Source of the DNA: Gammaproteobacteria bacterium
GTDB taxonomy: Bacteria > Pseudomonadota > Gammaproteobacteria > QZLD01
Assembly: GCA_033852135.1 (NCBI GenBank)
Contig: JAWSVB010000014.1
Coordinates: 2,963-66,962, forward strand
Length of the DNA: 64,000 nucleotides
Reading direction: 5' to 3'
This document shows, piece by piece, positions 27,650-38,400 of this stretch; the first letter of the stretch is position 1, and the number at the start of each line of letters is the position of its first letter. A model generated the notes under the pieces. The model did no database searches. It was not told where the DNA came from and saw nothing but the letters and a program-made list of their open reading frames with translations. The position numbers and the translations under genes are program-made.

Positions 27650-28753
27650 CTATTTGCAGGCCTGAGCTTCTTGGTTAACTTTATCTAGTATTGCAAAAAC
27701 TTCTAAGCTATTTTCTTCAATTACTTTGAAAGCATTAAATAGAGCAGTGTAATCTAACGGTTTCTTGTCAATTAACTCAAATACGCTGTGTGTGCCGTTA
27801 TGTACAACAGAATGAGGACGATCTAATAATTTAAATGATGGATTAGATGAGAAGAATTCCTTTCCATCCCCTTCAAAATACCATTTGCCCAGGCGGCAAT
27901 TATGATGGTCAACAAAGTCGAAAGCAGGTTTCTTTTTATTTACTGAAAGGTAAGTATTGGTTTTCCAAAGTAAGTGGTCAAGCTTTGCTAAACTCATAAA
28001 TACTGTATCCGATACATTTGCAATATCAGAGAAATGAGCAGCTACTTCTTCATTAATATTTTTTACACCACTTTGCAGATTCTCAGATACTTCGCTTATG
28101 TTAGTAACTGTACTCCACACTGTTTGAGAATCAGTTGATACCGACGAAACATCCCCTTGCATCGCTACAATTACATCATTAGTTTCAGTAATTGCTAACT
28201 GTGTTTTATCTGCAAGCCCACGTACTTCCTCAGCAACTACAGCAAAACCTCTTCCTTGTTCTCCTGCCCTGGCTGCTTCAATTGCCGCATTCAAAGCAAG
28301 TAAATTAGTTTGTTCAGCAATGCCCTTAATCAAGTTAAGAATAGAGCTTATCTCTTCAGCCCTAGCTGACATAGATTCAACTGACTGACTTGATTGCTGG
28401 GCTACCGATTCTAGCCCCTTAAGCCCAGAGCTCATATCAGCGATCTGCTGATTAAGAGAGGTAAAGTCACTTTGAATAGAGCCGATACACTGTAGTATGT
28501 GTTTGGCAGAATTTACTGAATCAGCTAGATTTTGCTGGATATCAGTTAAGCAAATTTTGCTGTTATCATTCTGATATCCCATGAGTTTATTAAGTTGTTC
28601 TTCTTTAGGATTAACTTGGGATAAATTTTGCAGCTGCTGTTTAGTTTTATCCAGTTCATCTTTGAGAGCAGAGTTTTCTGATTTTAGAGTTGAGTTTTCA
28701 TGTTTAAGCTTTTCAAGCTCTATCTTTGTTTTTCCAAAATCAAATAAACTCAT
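27650..28753 (-). CDS. soluble methyl-accepting chemotaxis-like protein with C-terminal CZB (chemoreceptor zinc-binding) domain
   Basis: MCP signalling motif [31 protein letters not shown], then C-terminal [13 protein letters not shown] and HSVVH (H-x3-C-x-L-G-K-W CZB signature). No TM segments. Confidence 0.75.
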   Translation of the reverse strand: MSLFDFGKTKIELEKLKHENSTLKSENSALKDELDKTKQQLQNLSQVNPKEEQLNKLMGYQNDNSKICLTDIQQNLADSVNSAKHILQCIGSIQSDFTSLNQQIADMSSGLKGLESVAQQSSQSVESMSARAEEISSILNLIKGIAEQTNLLALNAAIEAARAGEQGRGFAVVAEEVRGLADKTQLAITETNDVIVAMQGDVSSVSTDSQTVWSTVTNISEVSENLQSGVKNINEEVAAHFSDIANVSDTVFMSLAKLDHLLWKTNTYLSVNKKKPAFDFVDHHNCRLGKWYFEGDGKEFFSSNPSFKLLDRPHSVVHNGTHSVFELIDKKPLDYTALFNAFKVIEENSLEVFAILDKVNQEAQACK

Positions 28754-28918
28754 AGCTACTCCAATTATTATTATAAAATAAATTTCCTATTAGCTTTTCT
28801 TATATGGACTCTTTATTTTTTAATAGAAAGCTAGGCATTATGATTATAGGATAAAATAATAATAACTCTACATAATAGTAATGAAGGCAAAATTCTTAAT
28901 TAAGCTAAGGAAACACAA

Positions 28919-29209
28919 ATGACAAAATTAACAATCATCGCGAACATAACTGCTAAAGAAGGCAAAATTGATTTAGTTAAATCTGAGCTTATAAAATTAA
29001 TTGATGTAACTCGTGCTGAAGATGGGTGTATAAATTATGATTTGCATCAGGATATTCAAAACCCAGCTCACTTTATGTTTTACGAAAACTGGGAGACTCG
29101 TGAGCTTTGGGAAAAGCATATGGGTAACCAGCACCTAAAAGATTACTTGGCTGCCACAGATGGAGCAGTTGCAGAATTCACAGTTAATGAGATGACAGAA
29201 GTATTGTAG
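28919..29209 (+). CDS. antibiotic-biosynthesis-monooxygenase (ABM) domain protein
   Basis: 96 aa with a ferredoxin-like ABM pattern. Confidence 0.7.
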   Translation: MTKLTIIANITAKEGKIDLVKSELIKLIDVTRAEDGCINYDLHQDIQNPAHFMFYENWETRELWEKHMGNQHLKDYLAATDGAVAEFTVNEMTEVL

Positions 29210-29385
29210 TTTGATTATCTCTAAATAGTTGCAAATACACCTGGATGTAAACGCTCTGTTTTTATATAAATAACAGAGCTATGCCAGATGCAGCTATCTC
29301 ATGTATGCTTTTAATTATGTAAAGAGTTTTGTCTGGATATAGGTGGTATATATCTGTTCGTAAATATATTAAAGATGGGGTTTAA

Positions 29386-29862
29386 ATGTTTAGTAATAGA
29401 TCTTTTATAGAAAAAGATGCAGGCATTATTGTAGAGTTTCCACAGTCGAAAGATGAGCTTTTTTATATGTTTCCAAAAGCTGACTTTCCTCTACAACCTG
29501 AAACTCTTATCAAACAATCAAAATTACGATTTTCTCCGACCGTCGTATTATTTAATGATGATGTGGTAGGTTATGGAAATTTTATATGCGTTAAGTATGG
29601 GGATTTTTGTTCGATTGGTAATATAGTTGTAAACCCGCTACTACGTAGAACAGGTATTGCTACTTATCTTATTGGAACCATGTTGGGAATGGCCTTTAAA
29701 AAGCAAAATGCTAAATATGTACAAATTTCATGTTTTAGTCAGAATACCAGTGGTTTGCTTTTGTATAAGAAGCTTGGCTTTGCATCTTATGAAATTGAAT
29801 CAAGAGAGAAGCATAATGGTAAGCAGGTTGATCTAATTCATATGCGTAGATATATGGCATAG
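29386..29862 (+). CDS. GNAT family N-acetyltransferase
   Basis: Motif A region VVNPLLRRTGIATYLIG. Confidence 0.6.
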   Translation: MFSNRSFIEKDAGIIVEFPQSKDELFYMFPKADFPLQPETLIKQSKLRFSPTVVLFNDDVVGYGNFICVKYGDFCSIGNIVVNPLLRRTGIATYLIGTMLGMAFKKQNAKYVQISCFSQNTSGLLLYKKLGFASYEIESREKHNGKQVDLIHMRRYMA

Positions 29863-29966
29863 TTTATTCAAAGTTACACACAACAAAAAAGTGAGGGTGA
29901 TTTTTTTGGTTGTAACTATCGATTATGTAATAATCGTACGATGTTAAATTTATACAAGGACAAGAA

Positions 29967-30404
29967 ATGAGAACAATAGGGAATATACTCTGGTTTATAT
30001 TAGGTGGATTTGTAATGGGGTTGGCTTGGTGTTTTTTTGGGCTTATAGCGTATATAAGTATTGTCGGTATACCATGGGGAAGATCTTGTTTTGTTATAGC
30101 CGGTTTTTCATTTTTTCCATTTGGAAAAGAAGCTATATCTCGTGATGAATTAACCCAGACTAAAGATATAGGAACAAGTGGTTTTGGAACCTTGGGTAAT
30201 ATCATTTGGTTTGTTTTTGCTGGCTTGTGGTTAGCGATAGGGCATATATTATCTGCAGTAGCATGTTTTATTACAATTATTGGTATCCCTTTTGGGTTGC
30301 AACACTTAAAACTTGCAGGGGTTTCTTTAGCTCCTATTGGTAAAACAGTAGTTACTAAAGAAGTTGCAGCAGCTGCTCGTATTGCGAATATAGTAAAACC
30401 GTAG
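29967..30404 (+). CDS. yccF: inner membrane protein YccF (DUF307)
   Basis: MRTIGNILWFILGGF...RSCF...GNIIWFVFAGLWLAIGH...IIGIPFG is collinear with E. coli YccF. Confidence 0.8.
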   Translation: MRTIGNILWFILGGFVMGLAWCFFGLIAYISIVGIPWGRSCFVIAGFSFFPFGKEAISRDELTQTKDIGTSGFGTLGNIIWFVFAGLWLAIGHILSAVACFITIIGIPFGLQHLKLAGVSLAPIGKTVVTKEVAAAARIANIVKP

Positions 30405-30444
30405 TATTTCCTAAGTTGCTAGTTGGCGCTACAATAACGCCATC

Positions 30445-30831
30445 TTGGTATTATGTTTTAATATAATTGTTATCTACTTTATGGGGTTTTTAATGAAAAA
30501 AATTATTATTTTTTTATTCTTATCAGTTGTGATGTCTAATTTGGTTCATGCTAAGTCAATAAACATGAATGATTTAACTTGTGAAAAATATTTCTCTCTC
30601 TTATTAAAGTTTAAAGCTCAGGAAAATAATGGGAAAAAGGAAAAGGTAAAACTAAAATCTACATCGATATTATCCTGGTTATATGGTTATGCAGCAGCAC
30701 AAAATAACTCTACTTCATACGATGGCAGTGAGTTTAAGAAGGTGATGAAAAAGACTTCTGCTAAATGCAAAGAAAACTTAAATGAAAAAATTACAGTTGT
30801 AGTTTCAGAAGCATTTAAAGAGTTAAAGTAA
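30445..30831 (+). CDS. secreted hypothetical protein (possibly HdeA/HdeB-like)
   Basis: Signal peptide. The TCEKYFSL segment is reminiscent of HdeA TCEDFL; weak. Confidence 0.3.
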   Translation: MVLCFNIIVIYFMGFLMKKIIIFLFLSVVMSNLVHAKSINMNDLTCEKYFSLLLKFKAQENNGKKEKVKLKSTSILSWLYGYAAAQNNSTSYDGSEFKKVMKKTSAKCKENLNEKITVVVSEAFKELK

Positions 30832-30913
30832 GGTCAAAATTTATATCTATATATTTATCCTGCTACTGTGAAAAACAACGTTTTAGCTGGGATAATATTT
30901 ATTAGGAATAAAA

Positions 30914-31261
30914 ATGAAACAAATAACTTTAGATTTTGGTGAATTTACTTTAGATGCAGAGCTATTTGATTCAACTGTATCTAAGAAGTTTGCTCAGCAC
31001 TTACCGTATACAGTTAATCTCGAGAAATGGGGAGAAGAAGTATATGGACCAATAGGCATCAATTTGGGTGAGGAGAGTCCTATCCCAGAGATTCCGTCAG
31101 GAGGAATTGCCTATACCAATAATGGAAATTTCGTCTGCGTATTTTTTGGTCAAAGACCAGCATGGGATGTTGAGTATATTGGACAGATTGTCGGCGATGG
31201 CTGGAAGAAACTTTGTAACAACCATTCTTTAACATCTGTAACAATAAAACTTAACCAATAG
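30914..31261 (+). CDS. hypothetical protein, possibly cyclophilin-like fold
   Basis: Weak resemblance only. Confidence 0.3.
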   Translation: MKQITLDFGEFTLDAELFDSTVSKKFAQHLPYTVNLEKWGEEVYGPIGINLGEESPIPEIPSGGIAYTNNGNFVCVFFGQRPAWDVEYIGQIVGDGWKKLCNNHSLTSVTIKLNQ

Positions 31262-31397
31262 TTTAGATTATTTAAAAAACATCATTGATTTTAGTAACTA
31301 TTTGTTGAGAATATCAGCATTTAATGATATTTTGTTGACTAGTGTTCATTATAGTTTGTCGATTCTATTTATTTAAGTGTTATACCAAGGGATAAAA

Positions 31398-32219
31398 ATG
31401 AAAATTATCACTAGTAAATTTTTATTAACAATTTCTATTATTTTAAGTTTGTTTTTTAGTGTAAACAGCTATGCTGCTCCGATGCTTGATATTGCCATCC
31501 TTATGGATTCAAGCGGAAGTATGGGGAAAAGTGGTTGGGCTAATGAAGAGGACTTCGTCTCAGATTTAATTATATCTGGTATCCCATATGAAGATACTCG
31601 CTTAGGCATCATTCAATTTTCATCAAGTTCGAAAACCAAACAGATTTATGGTTTTGAAAACCAGCAAGATAATAGACAACAAATTTCAGATGTTGTCCAA
31701 GATATGTATTATCGTGGTGGTTCAACATATATGAAAAAAGCCGTAGATACTGCTATTAATCTTTTCGATAACGAAAGTACAGAAGAGAATAGTAAAGCTA
31801 TTATCATGCTTACAGATGGCAACCCTTGGCCTTCTTCTAGTCAAAGTCCATGCGGTAGGGTAGATGATCTTAACGACAGAGGCATAAGTGTTTTTATTGT
31901 TGGCATGGGTAATGGTTGGACCAGAGATAGAATTGACTGCTTGGTTGAAGACTCTTATCTAGATATCATAGCTACAGATAGTACTAGTGCATATGATTTA
32001 GCTACTGCAATGCAACCACTAACAGAAAGGCTTGGTGCAATTAGTGGCGTTCCATTTGCTACTGAAATTGATTGTGTTGAAGGTGGAGCTATATGGGATT
32101 CAAACTCATGTCGCGCTGCTTGGCCGTCTGATGCAGAGCCAGTTAATGAGCCTGCAATATTATTTATGATGCTATTTGGCTTTGGTGGAATGTTCTCACT
32201 ACGCAGATATAAAAAATAA
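31398..32219 (+). CDS. von Willebrand factor A domain protein with C-terminal PEP-CTERM anchor
   Basis: MIDAS motif DSSGS, vWA-like core (MLTDGNP), and C-terminal NEPAILFMMLFGFGGMFSLRRYKK. The start is placed at the ATG with an AAGGGA RBS. Confidence 0.7.
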   Translation: MKIITSKFLLTISIILSLFFSVNSYAAPMLDIAILMDSSGSMGKSGWANEEDFVSDLIISGIPYEDTRLGIIQFSSSSKTKQIYGFENQQDNRQQISDVVQDMYYRGGSTYMKKAVDTAINLFDNESTEENSKAIIMLTDGNPWPSSSQSPCGRVDDLNDRGISVFIVGMGNGWTRDRIDCLVEDSYLDIIATDSTSAYDLATAMQPLTERLGAISGVPFATEIDCVEGGAIWDSNSCRAAWPSDAEPVNEPAILFMMLFGFGGMFSLRRYKK

Positions 32220-32381
32220 ATAGAAAATAAATAAAAAATAAAATAGAACGGCTGCCTAAATGGTGGCCGTTTTTATTTGAGGGTTATAACGCGGTTCTTA
32301 AATAATAAGTAGAAAGAAAACTTAATAAAGCTATCTATACTATTTAATGATACTGAACTTAATGGAATAAGGGAGAGCAGA

Positions 32382-32843
32382 ATGGCAGAAGTGAATTTTG
32401 AATTATCAGGGGGTAAAGCTGTAGTAGCAATTATTGTTTTGGCCATAGTGATTGTTATCAGGTTAGTCTCAATCGGTGGCACTACTGACGATAAAGATCT
32501 AATCAGGCAGTTAGAGCTAAATCTAACATCATTTTATTATCCGGGTGAGGTTGATAGGCTGAAAGCAGCAATGGCTAGCGGCGATAGTGAAGAGATTGAC
32601 CTTGTAGCTAAATCAGTAACTAGTACAAAACTAAAAATTGACTCAGTAAAAACCAGCTATGCATTATTCGATTTTTCTTCACCTAAAAAAGTTATTGTGA
32701 AAGTTAATTATTCATTGGTGGATGATTCAGGGGTAAATGACCAACAAGAGAAATATTTTAAGTTTCAACATGGGGGAATTATGAATAATTGGAGTTATCA
32801 ATATGAGTCAAATATGGTCTCATATTACTTAAATTTTTTATAA
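32382..32843 (+). CDS. hypothetical protein with N-terminal TM anchor
   Basis: No motif recognised. Confidence 0.35.
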   Translation: MAEVNFELSGGKAVVAIIVLAIVIVIRLVSIGGTTDDKDLIRQLELNLTSFYYPGEVDRLKAAMASGDSEEIDLVAKSVTSTKLKIDSVKTSYALFDFSSPKKVIVKVNYSLVDDSGVNDQQEKYFKFQHGGIMNNWSYQYESNMVSYYLNFL

Positions 32844-32916
32844 TTTTGACAATCGTAATGTGATTTTTTAGCACCATTTCAGGGTGTTTTTTTGTTCAGA
32901 TAACTGTGGAGACCTA

Positions 32917-33531
32917 ATGATAGCCACTTTTTTAATACTAGCTTCAGTCACTTTTATAGCTATGATGAGCCCTGGGCCAGATATGATGATGGTTATAAAA
33001 TATGGCAGTACAAAAAATCATCGGTCAGCTATTACTTGTATAGCAGGCATATGCTGTGGTGTCTCGGTACATGTGACTCTATCAATTCTTGGGCTTGCAG
33101 CTATTATTGCTGCCAGCGCTAAATTATTTGCAGCTATGAAACTTATTGGTGCAGGGTATTTAATCTATATAGGGATAAAATCGTTTTTATCTAGCGGTGG
33201 ATTAGCGTTGGATAAATCTAATAATTTAAAGGCTAATAAACGGAATACACCTTTTCGTGACGGCCTTCTTTGTAATGTTCTCAACCCAAAAGTAACTATG
33301 TTTATTTTGGCGGTTTTTACCCAGATAATTGAACCTACAACCCCAGTATTTGAAAAAATTATTTATGGTGCTTTTATTGCTATTCAGGCATTTGTTGTTT
33401 GGAATATTTTTGTACTATTTATTCGTACCAAGCCTGTATTAGTGTTATTAAACAAGTTTCAAGTAGCTATTGATCGCACTGTAGGGGTAGCTTTGGTTGG
33501 ATTTGGAGTAGCTCTTGCTTTGGATAAGTAA
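32917..33531 (+). CDS. LysE/RhtB-family amino-acid exporter
   Basis: MSPGPD N-terminal motif and six TM helices. The start is placed at the ATG with a GGAGA RBS. Confidence 0.75.
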   Translation: MIATFLILASVTFIAMMSPGPDMMMVIKYGSTKNHRSAITCIAGICCGVSVHVTLSILGLAAIIAASAKLFAAMKLIGAGYLIYIGIKSFLSSGGLALDKSNNLKANKRNTPFRDGLLCNVLNPKVTMFILAVFTQIIEPTTPVFEKIIYGAFIAIQAFVVWNIFVLFIRTKPVLVLLNKFQVAIDRTVGVALVGFGVALALDK

Positions 33532-33567
33532 AGATATATGCCAGCTTTTTTTATATGGAGATAACTA

Positions 33568-34098
33568 GTGAATTTTGTATATGTTGGTCAAAGTTTAGAT
33601 GGGTATATTGCTGGCCCTAATGGGGAGTTGGATTGGCTAGATGAGATAGATAACCCCGAGAAAGATGATTTTGGCTATGATACATTTATGAAAAAAATTG
33701 ATGCCTTAATCATGGGTAAAAATACCTTTGAAAAAGTTATGTCATTCGGAATGTGGCCATATAAAAAGCCAGTTTTTGTCGCTAGCAACTCATTATCATC
33801 ACTACCACATAGTGTCGATGGAAAAGCTTTTTTAATAAAAGGTACTCCTGCTGAGATGGCTCAAATATTAAATAAAAATGGCTTCACCAATCTCTATATT
33901 GATGGTGGGGCTCTTATTCAAAGTTTTCTTAAAGAGGGGTTAATCGACAAGATTATAGTTACTACACTTCCGATTTTATTAGGGGGCGGGATATCATTAT
34001 TCGGCAACCTTCCAAACCGTATTAACCTCAAATTGGTTGGCTCAGAAGTATTGTTAAATCAGTTGGTTAAAACTAAATATGAAGTGGAAAAGAATTAA
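33568..34098 (+). CDS. dihydrofolate-reductase-family (RibD C-terminal domain-like) protein
   Basis: YVGQSLDGYIAGPNGELDWL motif. Confidence 0.7.
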   Translation: MNFVYVGQSLDGYIAGPNGELDWLDEIDNPEKDDFGYDTFMKKIDALIMGKNTFEKVMSFGMWPYKKPVFVASNSLSSLPHSVDGKAFLIKGTPAEMAQILNKNGFTNLYIDGGALIQSFLKEGLIDKIIVTTLPILLGGGISLFGNLPNRINLKLVGSEVLLNQLVKTKYEVEKN

Positions 34099-34176
34099 TT
34101 CAATAAGCATAGAATCAAATTAGGACAGAGTTTGATACTATTTACCCTATCCTAAGTTGATTCTGATTTATGGATT

Positions 34177-35334
34177 TTACAAAGCAGCTGTTAATATCTT
34201 CTTAACAGTATCTAAATCCAAATCACGGGTTTCAGATAAAGCTGTCATCCCCATTTTTTCTAAATTAGATACAACTTTATCCACTCCAGTTGTATCAATT
34301 CCGTAATGGGAGAGGTTGGTTATAATGCCAAGTGAATTAAAAAATGCCTCGGTGTTATCGATAGCTTTATCAATTTTATTTTCATCAGAGCCAGTAGTAA
34401 TTCCCCAAACTCTTTCTGCATATTGTAGAAGCTTGGCTTTTTTCTTATCTTTTCTTTCACGCAATAGGTGTGGAAGGATTATTGCCAGAGTTCTTCCGTG
34501 AGCAATACCAAAAAGCGCAGTAATTTCATGTCCAATCATGTGTGTAGACCAATCTTGCGGGACTCCAGTGCCAATAAAACCATTTAATGCACATGTTGCT
34601 GACCACATGAAGTTCTTTCTTGCATCAAGGTTATCATTGTCATTAAAGGTAATTGGTCCATCTTCGATCAATGTTTGTAATATCCCTTCTGATACGCGAT
34701 CTTGGATTTTTGCATTTACAGGGTAGGTGATGTATTGCTCAACCACATGAACAAAGGCATCGGCAACCCCATTGGCAATTTGCTCTTTAGGTAAGCTGTT
34801 GGTTAAGTCAGGATCAAGGAATGAAAATTGTGGGAAACATAGTGGCGACATAAACACAAATTTCTGTTCGTTCATTGTTATAACTCCACCCATGTTCATC
34901 TCTGAACCAGTTGCAGGAAGAGTTGCAACACAGCCTAAAGGGGTTGCTTTTTTTGTTGGGACCCCTTTAAAACCATGCATGAGAATATCTTGTGGGTCAT
35001 TTTCATAATTGATTGCTAGTGAAATAAATTTGGTTCCATCCATCACCGAGCCACCGCCAACAGCTAGCAAGAAGTCGATGTTTTCTGATTTAGCAATTTC
35101 TACAGCTTTTAGTAATGTTTTGATTTGTGGGTTAGGCTCTATACCACCAAACTCAATCACTTCTCGATTACCAAGCGAGCTAGTTACCTTTTCGATAGTT
35201 CCGTACTTTTTTGCGCTGCCACCACCAAAAAGAATCATCACTTTGGCATCTTTTGGAACTAGGCTATCTAGTTTTGCGAGTTTGTTTTGCCCAAAAATAA
35301 TTTGCGTAGGGTTGTAGTAGTTAAAGTCAAACAT
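34177..35334 (-). CDS. iron-containing (group III) alcohol dehydrogenase, YqhD-like
   Basis: GGGSVMDGTKF motif and ~385 aa. Confidence 0.85.
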   Translation of the reverse strand: MFDFNYYNPTQIIFGQNKLAKLDSLVPKDAKVMILFGGGSAKKYGTIEKVTSSLGNREVIEFGGIEPNPQIKTLLKAVEIAKSENIDFLLAVGGGSVMDGTKFISLAINYENDPQDILMHGFKGVPTKKATPLGCVATLPATGSEMNMGGVITMNEQKFVFMSPLCFPQFSFLDPDLTNSLPKEQIANGVADAFVHVVEQYITYPVNAKIQDRVSEGILQTLIEDGPITFNDNDNLDARKNFMWSATCALNGFIGTGVPQDWSTHMIGHEITALFGIAHGRTLAIILPHLLRERKDKKKAKLLQYAERVWGITTGSDENKIDKAIDNTEAFFNSLGIITNLSHYGIDTTGVDKVVSNLEKMGMTALSETRDLDLDTVKKILTAAL

Positions 35335-35435
35335 TTAGGTCTCCTGCTGCAGGTTATGTTATAGCCTTAATCAAGGCTTCAGTTACTGCAGCTTCATCAT
35401 ATGTATTAATTCAATTCCAGTATTTATTAACGCTG

Positions 35436-38400
35436 TTATTTTTTCACTACGGTAAATGTTACATGAGTAACCTCTTTATCATTTGTGGTCTCATTCATCC
35501 GAAAACTATATTTTCCAGGTTTTGTTGGTGCTTTAAAAACCATCTGCCCCGAAGCTTTACCGCTAATGCGTTGATAGGTATGGTCATGCTGGTCGTTGCG
35601 ATATGTAGAGCCATGTGCAATTTGTTCTGGGATCAATCCTACCCAGCTATTTTTTGGCAGTAACGGGGATGCTTTAAAGCTAACCGTTATTTTCTCTCCC
35701 GGGGTAAATGTTTGCTTGGAAAGTTGTAACTTATTATCCTGTATAGGAACAGCAACTTCAAAGGCAACAGCTGTTATCTCTTTATCATTGGTAGTTTCAT
35801 TCATACGGAAGCCGTATGTACCGATTTTTCTAGGTGCAGTGAACTCCATCTGTCCCGATGCTTTACCACTAACTCGTTGAAAGGTGTGGTCATGTTGATC
35901 GTTACGGTATGTCGAGCCATGAGCAATTTGCTCTGGTATCAACCCGATCCAACTATTTTTTGGTAGCAGCGGCGATGCCTTAAAATCTAATTTGATCTTC
36001 TCATAAGGTGCATAAACTTTTTTGCTAAGTATTAACTCATTGCCTTCCATTGGTACTGCTACTTCAAAGCTAACTGCTGCTACCTCTTTGTCGTTGGTGG
36101 TCTCGTTCATACGGAAACTGTATGTGCCGATTTTCTTCGGTGCTCGAAATACCATCTGACCTGATTCTTTACCACTAACTCGTTGAAAGGTGTAGTCATG
36201 TTGATCGTTACGATATGTAGATCCGTGAGGAACCTGCTCTGGTATCAATCCTACCCAGCTGTTTTTTGGTAGCAGTTTCGATGCCTTAAAATCTAATTTA
36301 ATATCTTCATTTGGGGCAAAGATTTTCTTAGGGAGTATTAATGCTGCTGTATGATTTGGGACAGATACTGTGAAGGTAATAGATATTAACTCCTTATCAC
36401 CATCACGTGTACTCACCCTTAAATCATAGCTCCCATTGTTCTTTGGCACTTGGAATTTAAATTCCCCCGATGCCTTACCTTTAATCTTTTGAAAGGTTAT
36501 ATCATGTTGATCGTTGCGATATGCGGATCCATGAGCAACATGGCTTGGAATCAAACCTACCCAAGCATTTGCCGGTATTTTTGAAGAGGATAAATTTAGA
36601 CTGATACTTTCCCCAGGGGCATAAAGCGTTTGAGCCAGTTTCAGAGTTGTTCCTTCCTTAGAAACTGTTTGTGGTGGATTTTTTGGTGCTGGTATAACAG
36701 GGGAGCGCAGGTTCGGCGCAGCATATTTTTTATCCGTGGCTTTTCCCTTACCTTGTTTTTGCTGCTCTTCAGCCATCATCTGGCGCGCAAGATCAATGGA
36801 ACCCTGAATATTTTTCCTCCGATTTTGGCTGAGCTCTCTATTTAATGCAGGAAGTGAAATATCCAAAATACCCTGCCAGTTTTTCTCTTTAAAGAGCTTG
36901 GTATTTTGTTGTTCCAAATCTAGGATATAATTGCGGTATTCACGAAATGCCGCATTAAAATCATCAGAAATTCTTTGCAATAGAGGGGAGGACCCACCTC
37001 CTGGAATAGGTGATTGAATTTTTTGCATTTCCAGCAATACTTTTTGGGCAGAAAACGGCTTTTTCTCTGCTACATGCTGGTCAAATAGTGGTACTTTGGC
37101 TTTGGCTCGTGACCACAGTTTCTCAAATGTTTTTAATTTTTTAAGTTTTTCTTGGGTGTCAGCATTTCCTGGAGCTAGCCTACCTGCAACCTCAAGATTC
37201 TCCCTGGCCTTAGAAAAGTCACGTAGATTAACTGCACGCCAGCCACTTTTCTTCGCAGCTTTTGCTACCTCTTTTATCACTGGCGCTGCACTTTTGGGGT
37301 CGTGTTGTTTAGCCTCATTAACGCTCTTTTCTGCAGCTACCATGTCTCCTCTAGCTATCTCATCTCGAGCTTGTTCGATCTTATTCTTTGCTGCTGCTTT
37401 TTTCTGCGGACCTGTTTTAGGATTTTCTGGTTTTTTGTAATTGGCTGGTGGGCTGACTAGTTCAATAACACTGACTGTTACTATTGCCTCCCCCAGTTTA
37501 TTACCGTTTTTATTTTTCGCTGTTACCTTAGCGGTAATTGTTCCTGCGGTGCTTCTGGATACTCTTGGTGTCTGGGAGATATCATTACTGATAGCTGTTC
37601 CCGGGTTAACGGTCCATTTCCAACGCACGCCATCCGGCGTTGTACCACCTTGTAGTTCTGCTTTTAGGGTAATCTGTTCTGCGGTAGCCCGAGTTCCTCT
37701 TTTAATGGTTTTCAAACCTTTTGCTTTTGGATCCCAGGTTCTTGGCAGATTTGGTGGTTGCACCATCCAGGCATTTACGCCATATGTCATTCCGGTATAG
37801 CTGCTAGTTATCTCTGATAACTCATCACCATGGACTGGAACTCTGGCCAATGCTTTAAGTTTTAGTGGGTTTACATCTTTTACTTTAAAGGATATTCGAC
37901 CGCCGTTGCCATCAAGTTCTAAACGGTTAGAGGTAGAAGGGTCAAACCAGCGGTAATCAATTAGTTTGCTTTCTATACCAGGTTTAGCGTGTATGGTGGC
38001 TGTTACTTGCTGCCCGACATAAGCTTTGCCATTAGCTGGTTCATAGCTGATGCTAAAGTTTGGAGCTACCACATTTACAGTGATTTGTTCACTCTCAGCC
38101 ACAGTTTGATAAGCTCCCTCTATAAATTTAAGTAGTTCACACCAAACCTTAACTTCACCCATGCGGTCATAGGTAACTTCGGTAGAAGGATCTGGGCTTT
38201 CACCGGGATCAAATGTCAGTGCTGGTTCAGACTGCCAAACCACCTTGTACTCTTCTATTGGGGGTTGTTCATCATATTCCTCTTCGTCAGGATCTGGCAC
38301 ATAATGCCCCTGATTGGTATCATCAGGAATATCTAGTTTTGGCGGCGGAGTATAAGTAGCAGTGGCATTTGACGAGGTATCTACACAAAAAGGATTATCC

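Noticed and set aside
35744-35806. Possible nucleotidyltransferase active-site motif (GS-x5-DID) in the N-terminal region of the giant protein, about residue 110. It maps near 42360 on the - strand; the coordinates given here are only a placeholder inside the gene.
   Set aside because: The spacer between GS and DxD is 5 residues, versus 9-13 in pol-beta-type NTases. There is no second acidic or hG[GS] context, so it is probably coincidental. Only a structure prediction could settle it.
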